In this document: positions 54,501 to 63,697 of the stretch, piece by piece
Layout: every line of letters starts with the position of its first letter
How positions within the stretch are numbered: position 1 is the first letter of the stretch
Origin: Coleofasciculus chthonoplastes F2-STO-03
GTDB taxonomy: Bacteria > Cyanobacteriota > Cyanobacteriia > Cyanobacteriales > Coleofasciculaceae
Direction of reading: 5' to 3'
Assembly (NCBI GenBank): GCA_040222015.1
Contig: JAVJWO010000067.1
Coordinates: 1 to 64,000 of the forward strand
DNA length: 64,000 nucleotides
Notes under the pieces: model-generated
The model's input: the letters and a program-made list of their open reading frames with translations, nothing else
The model's database searches: none
What the model was told of the DNA's origin: nothing
Translations under genes and position numbers: made by a program

Positions 54501-55927
54501 TTGATTGCACTTAAAGAGCCACTATCAATTTCCACTCCTCCAGAATTTCCCTTGGCTCCTAGTTGCACTGTACTAAAAACACCACTGGGGAATCCTTGAC
54601 TATCTTCTCCATTCAATAAAATGCTATCGGTAGCCCGAATTACTATCTTACCTGCATCTCCTTCTCCAAAGGTAGTGGCATCAATTCGAGCGCCATTGGT
54701 TACAGTTAAAGAGCCACTAAAAATTTCCACGCCCCCAGAATTCCCCTTGGCTCCCGGTGCCACTTGACTAAAAACACCACTAGAGAATCCTTGACTATCT
54801 TCTCCATCCAATAAGACGCTATCGGTTGCCCGAATTACTATCTTACCTGCATCTCCTTCTCCTAAAGTAGTTGCATCAATTTGAGCGCCATTCGTTACAG
54901 AAAGTGAGGAAGCTGTAATCCTGACATCTCCTCCTCTTCCTGTGGCTCCAGCTTCAACATTATTACTAATTACCCCTTCGGCTACAACCACGGTTCCAGT
55001 CGCATCAATAGTGATATCTCCAGCTTGAGCATCGACTGCACCCAAACCTGAAAATATTCCCGCCAAGAGTTGACTATTGCTAATAAACAAATCTCTAGGA
55101 TAAATAACAATATCACCTCCACCCGTCGCTGTTACATTAATAATGCTATCAAAAATTGCGATATCGGTTCGCGCCAAATCCGCTGGAAAATCCAACCCTA
55201 AACTCCCCTTATCAACCACTAATCCCAACTCTCCCGGTGCGCCGACTCCTGCTAATTCCACTCTGCCACCGAAGGCTTCTAAAGTACCACCATCAATTAA
55301 TAGTTCCCCCGTTGAAGTCGCATCTGGTGCTATATTTCCCCCCACAAGTAACAAGCTTTCTCCCGACGGGACAGATAGAGAACCTCTCACCTCAATTGAA
55401 CTCACTCCTTGAGCCGCCAATTGATTAAAGAAAAGCGCATCTGGGTTAACTGTGAGTAAAGGCGGAGCCTCGGGTTCAGTTGCACTAAAAACGCCTTGAT
55501 TGCCAAACCCAATGGCATTAGCTGTAGAGGCGACAAAGGAACCGCCAATATTTAACTGGGCATTCTCGCCAAAAATAATCCCATTGGGATTAATTAAAAA
55601 CAGATTTACCGTGCCATTTGCCCGAATTAAGCCATCAATATTCGAGAGAGTCGAACCCGTTACCCGACCCAAAATATTCTCAATACTCGAAGCATTATCA
55701 AAGAATGCGACTCCTCCTGTCGGCACAGAAAACTCTTCAAAACTGTGGAACAGATTTCCTCCTCGCACCGTTCCCTCTTTTATCAGGCAACTTGGACACC
55801 CGGTTACCTGAGAATTGACTGGAAGTGTATTATCCGCCTCAATTTGGCTTTTAGCTGGACTGATTGCTGCCAGAACGCTAAGGGCGATACTGCTGACACG
55901 GCAAAGGTAACGGATGATTGGTTTCAT
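51524..55927 (-). CDS. TpsA/filamentous haemagglutinin-like exoprotein without CHAT domain
   Basis: Signal peptide (AKS-Q), NLFHSF and NPNGIIFG, SDIIANA, TGRGGLP, EAQGW C-terminus; ATG at 55927 after AGGAG. Confidence 0.92.
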   Translation of the reverse strand: MKPIIRYLCRVSSIALSVLAAISPAKSQIEADNTLPVNSQVTGCPSCLIKEGTVRGGNLFHSFEEFSVPTGGVAFFDNASSIENILGRVTGSTLSNIDGLIRANGTVNLFLINPNGIIFGENAQLNIGGSFVASTANAIGFGNQGVFSATEPEAPPLLTVNPDALFFNQLAAQGVSSIEVRGSLSVPSGESLLLVGGNIAPDATSTGELLIDGGTLEAFGGRVELAGVGAPGELGLVVDKGSLGLDFPADLARTDIAIFDSIINVTATGGGDIVIYPRDLFISNSQLLAGIFSGLGAVDAQAGDITIDATGTVVVAEGVISNNVEAGATGRGGDVRITASSLSVTNGAQIDATTLGEGDAGKIVIRATDSVLLDGEDSQGFSSGVFSQVAPGAKGNSGGVEIFSGSLTVTNGARIDATTFGEGDAGKIVIRATDSILLNGEDSQGFPSGVFSTVQLGAKGNSGGVEIDSGSLSAINGAVIDATTFEEGDAGKIVILATDSILLDGKDSQGFPSGVFSAVASGANGNSGGVEIDSGSLSAINGAVIDATTFAEGDAGKIVIRATDSILLDGKDSQGFPSGVFSTVASGAKGNSGGVNIESGSLTVTNGAQINATSFGEGDAGKIVILATDSILLDGEDSQGFPSGVFSQVEQEAKGNSEGVEIFSGSLSATNGAQIDATTFAEGDAGKIVILATDSIFLDGEDSQGLAGGVFSTVQPGAKGNSEGVEIYSGSLSVTNGALISANTGGEGDAGKVVIRATDSIFLDGEDSQGLAGGVTSQVIPGAEGNSDGVEIFSASLSVTNGALISATTFGEGDAGKIVILATDSILLDGKNSQGLPSGVFSTVQLGAKGNSGGVNIESGSLSTTNGALISASTGGEGDAGKVVIRATDSIFLDGEDSQGFPSGVTSQVEQEAKGNSEGVEIFSSFLSVTNGAVIDATTLGEGDAGKVVIRVTDSILLDGEDSQGFPSGVFSGVTPGAKGNSGGVNIESASLSVTNGARISATTLGEGDAGKIVILATDSILLNGEDSQGNISGVFSTVQPEAKGNSRGVDIESGSLALTNGARIDATTLGEGNAGKIVIRATDSILLDGEDSQGFPSGVFSTVQPEAKGNSRGVEILSGSLTVTNDALISAETRSDTRAGDVSIDAKDFIQLSGDSGIRASATTGGPAGNLDIITQRLSVEDGAQITVSSPSGQAGNLTIGANSLELNQGQVTAETGTSGIEGGANIRLQNLNTLLMTDESLISATAFEDANGGNININSIFLIALPPEGVNGSDIIANAERGDGGRIIINGEGIFGIEERRAIPGNRTNDIDASSQFGGAPGEIQLNVPLDPARGLVELPGELVDVTRLVEQNLCQAAQGSSFIVTGRGGLPTPPHEPLNPEATWEDWRIESESESTANPTQDVETRHGASGEGKVHQQTPDNQPKRIIEAQGWYRDAKGTVILTAEPTRVTPHGNWLSSINCSE
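52535..54900 (-). repeat. 12 x 195-bp (65-aa) coding tandem repeats
   Basis: Anchor CCTTGACTAT recurs at exact 195-bp spacing from about 52641 to 54786. Confidence 0.93.
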
Positions 55928-56122
55928 TTTTCTCCTATCCTTTGAGTGGGAAGACTGGTTAATTAATATAGCAGTATAGTGTTTACACTTGAGATGTAAA
56001 ATCGAGGTCGAGCGTAAAAGGGAACAGGGAACAGGGAACAGGGAACAGTAGCAAGGCACTTCTAGCATTTTTCTCTCCCTTAAAAAGCTAGCATTGAGTT
56101 TTAACATTCATTTGAAAACGCT

Positions 56123-56195
56123 ATAGACACATCGATTAGGACTTGCGGCACCATTGTTCCAGACGCGCCATGGCGCGTCTCTACATAAATGATGT
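56123..56195 (-). mobile_element. Partial inverted copy of the 38861-38966 MITE-like element
   Basis: ATAGACACATCGATTAGGAC...CGGCACCATTGT...GACGCGCCATGGCGCGTCTCTACATAAATGATGT matches its reverse complement. Confidence 0.7.
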
Positions 56196-56470
56196 ATGGC
56201 GTTTCTCATAGAACGAGGTGCTTAGGTGTGGGCGCAAGAATGATGCCCATACAGATATTTTGGTGTACATCACGTCCTGATAAACGGCTATCTACTTGAA
56301 TAGAATATACAGTTAATATGTGGTTTACTCAAAATTTTATTCAGTCAGCTTTAGCTGACTTGAGCGTTTAGCCTTGGGTTTAAACCCAAGGCTGGTTAAT
56401 GGGACAGGTACAAGATCTGAGTTGAACGTGACTTAATCGGTGTTCTCCTTAACTCAGAGACTTGACGAAC

Positions 56471-59182
56471 TTAGACAGTGATAAAGTCAGCTGATGTCAA
56501 TAAACCACTAGAATCCACATAAGCAATGATTTCAGATCCTAAACCAATTCGTGTTCCATTATTCATGGAAATACCACTGACTGTACCTGTGTATGAACTC
56601 AAACTGTAACTTGACAGTGAGCCATGAATCTGAAGCTTGTCGAACTCAGTTTCACCGGAGAAACTATATCGGTCGAAATTGTCAATGACAGCGTAATCGA
56701 GTCCAGCACCGTTGTAATAGATTGAGCTACTGGTGCCGAGAATAATCCGATCGCTAGCATCATAGTAACCTGGGTTGATGATATCGATTTCACCCGCACC
56801 GTCTAAGATACTGTTGGTTCCGCTCAATGTATCGGAACCGCTGCCCCCAACGAGGGTATCGTTACCCCCTGCACCAGTGAGCGTATCGTTTCCAGTACCA
56901 CCATCAAGACTATCGTTACCAAAATTGCTAGAGGAATCATCACCTGTCAGGCGATCATTTCCACTACCACCGAGTAGAATATCGTTACCCGCTTCTCCTT
57001 GGAGGGTATCATTACCTGAACCGCCATCCAAGCGATCGCCAATCGTATCAACAGCACCCAGAGTATCGGAGTCAAGGTAATCATTGCCGCTACCGCCAAT
57101 TAGAGTATCCGCACCCCCTTGACCCAATAATCGGTCATTACCTGTACTACCATCTAAGGAATCGCTCCCAGCACCGCCATCGAGGGTGTCATTCCCCGCA
57201 TAGCCATAGAGCGTATCGTTTCCAGTACCCCCAGAAAGACTATCGTTGCCAAAATTGATTGAGGAATCATCTCCTGTCAGGCGATCATTTCCACTACCAC
57301 CGAGTAAAGTATCGTTACCAGCTTCTCCTCGGAGGGTATCATTACCATCACCGCCATCCAAGCGATCGCCAATCGTATCAACAGCACCCAGAGTATCGGA
57401 GTCAAGGTAATCATTGCCGCTACCACCAATTAAGGTATCCGCACCCCCTTGACCATAAAGATAATTGTTAGAACTATTACCACTGATACTGTTGTTGAGG
57501 CTGTTGCCTCGTCCGGAAGAAGCCGTGCCAGTCAGTGTCAGATTTTCCAGGTTATTTCCCAGGGTGTAACTGATCGAGGAATAGACGCGATCGCTGCCTT
57601 GGTTGGCGTATTCGACGACTACATCACCTGTAGAATCAACCACGAAGCGGTCATTACCCGTACCGCCATACATGCGATCGCTTCCTGTACCACCCGATAG
57701 GTAGTCGTTGCCTGAGCTACCCGATAGGTAATCATTGCCAGCATAGCCGTAGAGGTAATTGTTAGAACTATTACCACTGATACTGTTGTTTAGGCTGTTG
57801 CCTCGTCCGGAGGAAGCCGTGCCAGTCAGTGTCAGATTTTCCAGGTTATTTCCCAGGGTGTAACTGATCGAGGAATAGACGCGATCGCTGCCTTGGTTGG
57901 CGTATTCTGTAACTGTATCACCTGTAGAATCAACTACGAAACTGTCATTACCCGTACCGCCATACATGCGATCGCTGCCTGTGCCACCATTGAGGTAATC
58001 ATTTCCGGAACTGCCACTGAGGGTGTCGTTGCCTGTGCCGCCATACATGCGATCGCTACCTGTGCCACCATTGAGGTAGTCGTTACCTGAGCTACCCGAT
58101 AGGTAATCATTGCCAGCATAGCCGTAGAGGTAATCATTACCGCCATTGCCGTTCAGGACGTTCCTAGCGCTGTTACCCTTGATCGTGTCGTTCCCTGAAC
58201 CGCCGTTGGCGTTTTCGATTAAGGAACGGGCATCGTCTTTATACTGAAGTGCATTAAACACATGACCACGGGCATCTTTGCCGCTGCCAAGACGGGCACG
58301 TTGGGAGTTCCCGCCAACATCAAGGTCAGACCAACCCCCTGGCGCCAGGTTGATTGATAGATTAGTGGTGTAGTTGGAGAAGTTGTAAGTATCAATCCCG
58401 TTACCATCCCAGATTGTGCGGAAGATACGGTTAGCACCTGGTGTACCTTGCCCAACACCATTAACAGACATCTCCCCAGTGTCTTTATCAAAGGTGTAAG
58501 TCGTGTTGCCGGAATTGTAGCCAAACGATGCACCATACATCTGCTGAATTGCGGCGATGTCGTACATCATCAGCGACTGGGCATACCCCCATGTCTCATT
58601 TGTATATCCGCCAGAGCCTGGATGCCCTACATAAGATTTGTAGGTCATAATCGAGAACTCCATTGAGTCGCGATTGGAATTCATAGAGACATTGCGAACA
58701 CCGCCAGTCTCGTGCCCATGTTTCAAGCCCAGTGCATGACCAAGCTCATGTCCAAAGGTGTGATAAGACCAGTTACCGATTTTCGGGCTGGTTGTTTTGG
58801 TTCTGTTAAACCAGGCGTCCCCGGCTTGGACAGTGTTTCTAGGGTAATAAGCGTATGCGGTATTAGGGTCGTTTGACATTGCCATGCGGATGGTTGCATC
58901 GCGATCGCTAGTACCCGTCCGTTCAGAGAAAGTAAGATTGGAAATATTGGCAAATGCCCCTAGCCATTCTCGCGCCACAGCTCGTTGAGTTGCATTTAAC
59001 GATTGGAAGCTATCAGCATGATCCGCACGGTCGGGATAACCAGACTCATAGTCATTGATGCTGTTAGTGAAGCTAAAGCTCACTGAGTTAGATTTCCACT
59101 TAGATCCACCTAGTAAGCCATCAATGTTATTGTCGTCGGTTGCTGTTACAGTTGTTGATGGTGTGGGAACTCCAAAGCTCAT
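56471..59182 (-). CDS. Serralysin-like (M10B) zinc metalloprotease with RTX Ca-binding repeats
   Basis: HELGHALGLKH, SIMTY Met-turn, DIAAIQQMYG, IENA-GGSGND, many GGxGxD nonapeptides; AAGGAG RBS; no signal peptide. Confidence 0.93.
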   Translation of the reverse strand: MSFGVPTPSTTVTATDDNNIDGLLGGSKWKSNSVSFSFTNSINDYESGYPDRADHADSFQSLNATQRAVAREWLGAFANISNLTFSERTGTSDRDATIRMAMSNDPNTAYAYYPRNTVQAGDAWFNRTKTTSPKIGNWSYHTFGHELGHALGLKHGHETGGVRNVSMNSNRDSMEFSIMTYKSYVGHPGSGGYTNETWGYAQSLMMYDIAAIQQMYGASFGYNSGNTTYTFDKDTGEMSVNGVGQGTPGANRIFRTIWDGNGIDTYNFSNYTTNLSINLAPGGWSDLDVGGNSQRARLGSGKDARGHVFNALQYKDDARSLIENANGGSGNDTIKGNSARNVLNGNGGNDYLYGYAGNDYLSGSSGNDYLNGGTGSDRMYGGTGNDTLSGSSGNDYLNGGTGSDRMYGGTGNDSFVVDSTGDTVTEYANQGSDRVYSSISYTLGNNLENLTLTGTASSGRGNSLNNSISGNSSNNYLYGYAGNDYLSGSSGNDYLSGGTGSDRMYGGTGNDRFVVDSTGDVVVEYANQGSDRVYSSISYTLGNNLENLTLTGTASSGRGNSLNNSISGNSSNNYLYGQGGADTLIGGSGNDYLDSDTLGAVDTIGDRLDGGDGNDTLRGEAGNDTLLGGSGNDRLTGDDSSINFGNDSLSGGTGNDTLYGYAGNDTLDGGAGSDSLDGSTGNDRLLGQGGADTLIGGSGNDYLDSDTLGAVDTIGDRLDGGSGNDTLQGEAGNDILLGGSGNDRLTGDDSSSNFGNDSLDGGTGNDTLTGAGGNDTLVGGSGSDTLSGTNSILDGAGEIDIINPGYYDASDRIILGTSSSIYYNGAGLDYAVIDNFDRYSFSGETEFDKLQIHGSLSSYSLSSYTGTVSGISMNNGTRIGLGSEIIAYVDSSGLLTSADFITV

Positions 59183-59367
59183 AGTTGTTTCTCCTTATAA
59201 CATTAAAGTTCATGGATTGCTGTGTCTGTTGTAAAAATTGAATATTTCCTAGCTATTGTGATGGAGGTTTCAGGTTTTCTTCCTCCTCCACTTCACTTAC
59301 AATTGCCATTGTGCTGGTAAAATCAACGGCAGAGTTGAGGAAAAATAGGTAGTATGAAAATTAAGTG

Positions 59368-59407
59368 AATTCAGGATAATTCAGGATAATTCAGGATAAT
59401 TCAGGTT
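59368..59407. promoter_or_regulatory. Candidate operator: 10-bp-period array AATTCAGGAT x3 + AATTCAGGTT
   Basis: Read directly; about 185 bp upstream of the protease start. Confidence 0.55.
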
Positions 59408-59532
59408 TCAGTCATATATATAGGGTTTACCGGTGTGGTGAGGTACATGATCAGGGCTGGGGATGAGGGCGCAATGATGGTGTCCCTACAGGGTGTACCT
59501 CACGCAATTGAGAACTGCGATAAACCTCCCAC

Positions 59533-59572
59533 GGCTAGGTTGTGATAGCTTTTGATATCTTCTGATAGTAAT
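59533..59572 (+). promoter_or_regulatory. Candidate operator: 10-bp-period TGATA-type array
   Basis: GGCTAGGTTG TGATAGCTTT TGATATCTTC TGATAGTAAT; extra TGATACCT at 59587; same motif as 22651-22690. Confidence 0.55.
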
Positions 59573-59722
59573 AACCCGACTAAAGTTGATACCTAACGGG
59601 GGGTTCTGCACCAAGAATTCCCTTTTTAATAGACATAGATGAGACACGAAAAGGTAGGGGCACCATCCTTGCGCCCCCACAGCAGAAACCCTATAACCCC
59701 TAACCGTTAAGGATGCTCGACC

Positions 59723-61117
59723 ATGAAATTTAACCGAGAACAGGCAGTACAAATAGCCAAGCAAGTTGTATCCGATCAAACCCACCGCAGCTTAACCGAT
59801 GTTGAAGTAATCGTTCTCAAAGGATCTTGGGATAGACAAGAGTACGATCAAATTGCGGCACAAAATCAATATTCGACCAGTTATATCAGTCAAGATGTCG
59901 CCCCAAAACTGTGGAAAACCTTAACGGATGCCTTGGGTGAGAGAGTCAAAAAAAGTAACTTAAAACAAGTTTTAGAGGCATATTGGCAACAGAAAATGGC
60001 GGCTACTGACTCAACCAATCCCCTCAGCCAAAATCATAATTATCCTTTGCCTTCAGCCTCCCCAAAACAGCAAAGTACAGAGTTATGCAAAACCACTCCC
60101 GAAGCACCAGCCGCCTTGACACCCGATCGCTATGTGGAGCGCTCTCCCCTAGAAACCATCTGCGCGAAAACCCTATCCCAACCGGGGGCGCTAATACGGA
60201 TTAAAGCACCTAGCCTCATGGGTAAAACCTTTCTCGTGACTCGAGTATTGGCTCAACTCGCCACTCAAGGCTACCGCATCGCCAGTGTAAGCTTGAAGCT
60301 GGCAGATAGCAGCAAACATTTCACCAATTTGGATAAATTCTTACGCTGGTTGTGTATTAATTTGACTCACGAACTCCATTTACCCAATGAGTTAGACGAG
60401 TATTGGGATGAAGACTATATGGGGTCAAAAGTGAGCTGCACCACCTACTTTGAAGACTATCTCTTAGCCCAAGCCAATACCCCCTTAGTTCTCTGTTTCG
60501 ATGATGTGGATTTGCTCTTCCCCCATCCCGAAGTTTATGAAGACTTTTTTGGACTCCTGCGTTCCTGGTATGAAAAAACCAGGAGTCGCCAGCGCTGGAA
60601 AAAATTACGATTAATTATTGTCCATTCAACGGATGTGTATATCCGGTTAAATATTAATCAATCTCCCTTTAATGTCGGCTTACCCATAGAACTATCCGAT
60701 TTTACCCCAGAACAGGTACAAACCTTTGCCCAGTATCATGAATTAGAACCAAATATGAGTCTAATCCAACCCCTAATGCAGATGGTGGGGGGACATCCCT
60801 ATCTCTTGGAGCAAGCCTTTGCTCACCTGAAAAATCATCCAGAAATTACCCTAGAGCAGCTCCTAGCAGAAGCCCCCACGGAATCCGGAATCTACAAGAG
60901 CCATTTGCGGGAAAACTGGTTACATCTGCGATCGCATCCTGAACTCGCTACAGCATTTAAACAGGTGGTAACCGCAACCATCCCGATCCAACTGGAACCT
61001 ATATCAGCCTATCAACTCCAAAGCCTGGGATTGATCAAACTATCGGGGAATCAAATAGAGCCGCATTGTAACTTATATCGTTTGTATTTTCGTCAGTATT
61101 TAGGAGACATTGAATGA
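59723..61117 (+). CDS. N-terminal HTH-like domain + AAA-like (AAA_35-type) ATPase
   Basis: LTDVEVIVLKGSW-YDQIA-Y-SYI-LWK-L-ALGERVKK N-terminal domain; YVER, KAPSLMGKT, CFDDVD, NQSPFNVG and MVGGHPYL. Confidence 0.88.
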   Translation: MKFNREQAVQIAKQVVSDQTHRSLTDVEVIVLKGSWDRQEYDQIAAQNQYSTSYISQDVAPKLWKTLTDALGERVKKSNLKQVLEAYWQQKMAATDSTNPLSQNHNYPLPSASPKQQSTELCKTTPEAPAALTPDRYVERSPLETICAKTLSQPGALIRIKAPSLMGKTFLVTRVLAQLATQGYRIASVSLKLADSSKHFTNLDKFLRWLCINLTHELHLPNELDEYWDEDYMGSKVSCTTYFEDYLLAQANTPLVLCFDDVDLLFPHPEVYEDFFGLLRSWYEKTRSRQRWKKLRLIIVHSTDVYIRLNINQSPFNVGLPIELSDFTPEQVQTFAQYHELEPNMSLIQPLMQMVGGHPYLLEQAFAHLKNHPEITLEQLLAEAPTESGIYKSHLRENWLHLRSHPELATAFKQVVTATIPIQLEPISAYQLQSLGLIKLSGNQIEPHCNLYRLYFRQYLGDIE

Positions 61118-63603
61118 ATACTGAACTTCAGCCAACGTACAGGTATCAAATTGGTGGCAGTTTACCCCCAGATTCTTCAACCTACGTGGTGCGACAGGCA
61201 GATTCAGACTTATTTAACGCCTTATTAGCAGGGGAATATTGCTATGTTCTCAATTCCCGACAAATGGGTAAATCCTCCCTGCGAATTCGTACCATGGACA
61301 AACTACAAGCCCAAGGAATTGTCTGTGCCGAGATTGAACTCACTGGAATTGGGAGCCAACAGATTACGGCACAACAATGGTATGGTGGAATTATTCAAGA
61401 ACTGATCAGTGGTTTTGACTTGCCGATCAATCGACGCCATTGGTTACGCGATCGCGAGGATCTTTCCCCAGTACAACGGTTGAGTGAATTTATCGAAACT
61501 CTGTTGCAGCAAATCCCCAAAAACATCGTCATTTTTATCGATGAAATTGATAGTATTCTCAGCTTAAACTTCCTCACCGATGAATTTTTTGCCCTAATCC
61601 GCAACTGCTATAATCAGCGAGCCTCTAAACCTGACTATAAACGCCTCACTTTTGCTCTATTAGGCGTCGCCACGCCATCGGATTTAATCCAAGATAAAAA
61701 TGCTACTCCTTTTAACATTGGTCGCGCCATCGAACTCAGAGGCTTCCAATTCCATGAAAGTGGAGCTTTAGTCGCCGGATTGGTTGGTCGAGCTAATCAT
61801 CCTCAAGCCCTGTTAAAAGAAATATTATATTGGACAGGAGGACAACCATTTCTGACCCAGAAACTCTGTTGGCTTATCGCTCAGTCTGGTTTCGTTCAAA
61901 GTCAGGAAGTTGACACTATTCCCCCTGGTGAAGAATCCAAATGGGTAAAACAGTTTGTACAAAAGCAGATTGTCGAACATTGGGAAGCCCATGATGATCC
62001 AGAGCATCTAAAAACTATTCGCGATCGGATTTTGCGGAATGCTCGTAACAGTGAAAAATTGCTATTATTATGCCAACAAATTCTCCAACATGGAAAAATT
62101 GCCGCCATAAATTCTGATGAACAGATGGAATTACGGCTATCGGGAATAGTCACCAAACAAGAGAGTTATTTACGAATTTATAATCCTATCTACGAATCTG
62201 TCTTTAATTTAAAGTGGGTGAGTGCTAAACTAATCGCATTGAACTCATCCCCAATCCGAGTAGACAAGGCAACCGACAAAAAGGCAAAAATTCCCGAAGA
62301 TATCAAGGAGATTGAGCCGGAATCATGGAACAATCCTCCAGAAGCGATTCCAATTTCCCCAATTCCTGCATCGGAGAGCCAAGTATTACCTGTAGACTCG
62401 CGGCAAGAACCGTGGTGGTGGGTTGGGTTAAGGGTACTAATCGCCAGTGCGATCGCAACAGGTTTGGTTTTAGGAGTGCGATCGCGCGGTGGGTTGGAGT
62501 CTTGGGAACTTCAAGTCTTTGATCACCTGATGCGGTTACAACCCCAGGAAGAACCCGATGAACGACTTTTAATTGTGGAGATTACCGAAAAAGACGTTCA
62601 GGCTCAACCCGCAACCGAACGAGTGGGTGCGTCTCTATCGGATCGCGCCTTTGCTCAACTCCTGGCTAAATTAGAGTCGTATCAACCCCAAACCATTGGC
62701 TTAGACATTTATCGCGATCGCCCTGTAGAGGACAACTATCCAGAGTTAGCCCAAGCCATGGAAACGAGCGATCGCTTGTTTACCATTTGCCATTACGGTA
62801 ATCCTGGGGTGATACCGCCACCGGAAGTGTTAGGCGAACGACAAGGTTTTAATAATGTAATCCTGGATGCTGATGATATTCTGCGTCGTCATCTTCTCGC
62901 GGTTTCTGACGCCTCACCCTGTCAAAATCAATACGCTTTTAGTACACAGGTTGCTAGTCATTACCTAGCTACCCAAGGAATTGAGCCGCACCTGAATTCC
63001 GACGGGTATCTTCAGCTTGGCTCAACCGTATTTAAAACCTTAGATACAAACCCTGGCGGCTATTCGACGATCAAGTCCAGTGGTCACCAAATTTTACTCA
63101 ATTACCGCGCCACGAATCAGATTGCTGAGAAAATTACGCTTACAGACGTTCTCAATGGTCAACTCAATCCTGAACAGGTAAAAAATCGTATTGTTCTAAT
63201 TGGTACCACGGCTCCCAGTTTTAACGATCATCGTTGGTTCACTCCCTACAGTAAAGGAAAAGGAACCGTTCGAACCATGACGGGGATTGAAATTCAAGCC
63301 CAGATGGTCAGTCAAATTCTCAGTGCTGTTTTAGATCAGCGATCGCTAATCTGGTGGTGGTCAGAACCCATTGAGATCCTCTGGATTTGCGGCTGGTCTT
63401 TAATTGGTGGACTACTTGCCCAAAATTCTCGTTCACTGCAAGGTTTTCTGGTTCAAGGCGGAGTCGCGATCGCTATTTTATATGGAAGCGGCTGGGTGCT
63501 TTTCCTGCAAGGGGGTTGGATACCCCTAGTTCCCGCCGCTTTAGCCTTGGTTATGACTGGAGGTATGCTGATTGTTTTATCTCGATTTAAGATTAATCCG
63601 TAG
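61114..63603 (+). CDS. AAA-like (AAA_35-type) ATPase - TM - CHASE2 - 3TM membrane sensor
   Basis: YQIGGSL, LNSRQMGKSS, IFIDEID, WTGGQPFLTQK; CHASE2 IGLDIYRD and DADDILRR; three C-terminal TMs; ATGA overlap with upstream gene. Confidence 0.9.
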   Translation: MNTELQPTYRYQIGGSLPPDSSTYVVRQADSDLFNALLAGEYCYVLNSRQMGKSSLRIRTMDKLQAQGIVCAEIELTGIGSQQITAQQWYGGIIQELISGFDLPINRRHWLRDREDLSPVQRLSEFIETLLQQIPKNIVIFIDEIDSILSLNFLTDEFFALIRNCYNQRASKPDYKRLTFALLGVATPSDLIQDKNATPFNIGRAIELRGFQFHESGALVAGLVGRANHPQALLKEILYWTGGQPFLTQKLCWLIAQSGFVQSQEVDTIPPGEESKWVKQFVQKQIVEHWEAHDDPEHLKTIRDRILRNARNSEKLLLLCQQILQHGKIAAINSDEQMELRLSGIVTKQESYLRIYNPIYESVFNLKWVSAKLIALNSSPIRVDKATDKKAKIPEDIKEIEPESWNNPPEAIPISPIPASESQVLPVDSRQEPWWWVGLRVLIASAIATGLVLGVRSRGGLESWELQVFDHLMRLQPQEEPDERLLIVEITEKDVQAQPATERVGASLSDRAFAQLLAKLESYQPQTIGLDIYRDRPVEDNYPELAQAMETSDRLFTICHYGNPGVIPPPEVLGERQGFNNVILDADDILRRHLLAVSDASPCQNQYAFSTQVASHYLATQGIEPHLNSDGYLQLGSTVFKTLDTNPGGYSTIKSSGHQILLNYRATNQIAEKITLTDVLNGQLNPEQVKNRIVLIGTTAPSFNDHRWFTPYSKGKGTVRTMTGIEIQAQMVSQILSAVLDQRSLIWWWSEPIEILWICGWSLIGGLLAQNSRSLQGFLVQGGVAIAILYGSGWVLFLQGGWIPLVPAALALVMTGGMLIVLSRFKINP

Positions 63604-63697
63604 TGTGAGCATCTTGCTCACGTACACTGCAAGAACGTTGATTTAGTAACCCCAGTTAGCAGTCAAAATAATCCAAAATTCTGCCTAATCCTCCATT

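Noticed and set aside
55928..56107. N-terminal extension of the TpsA ORF to 56107
   Set aside because: It translates GGGAACA heptamers and MITE-like DNA; RBS and signal peptide support ATG 55927.
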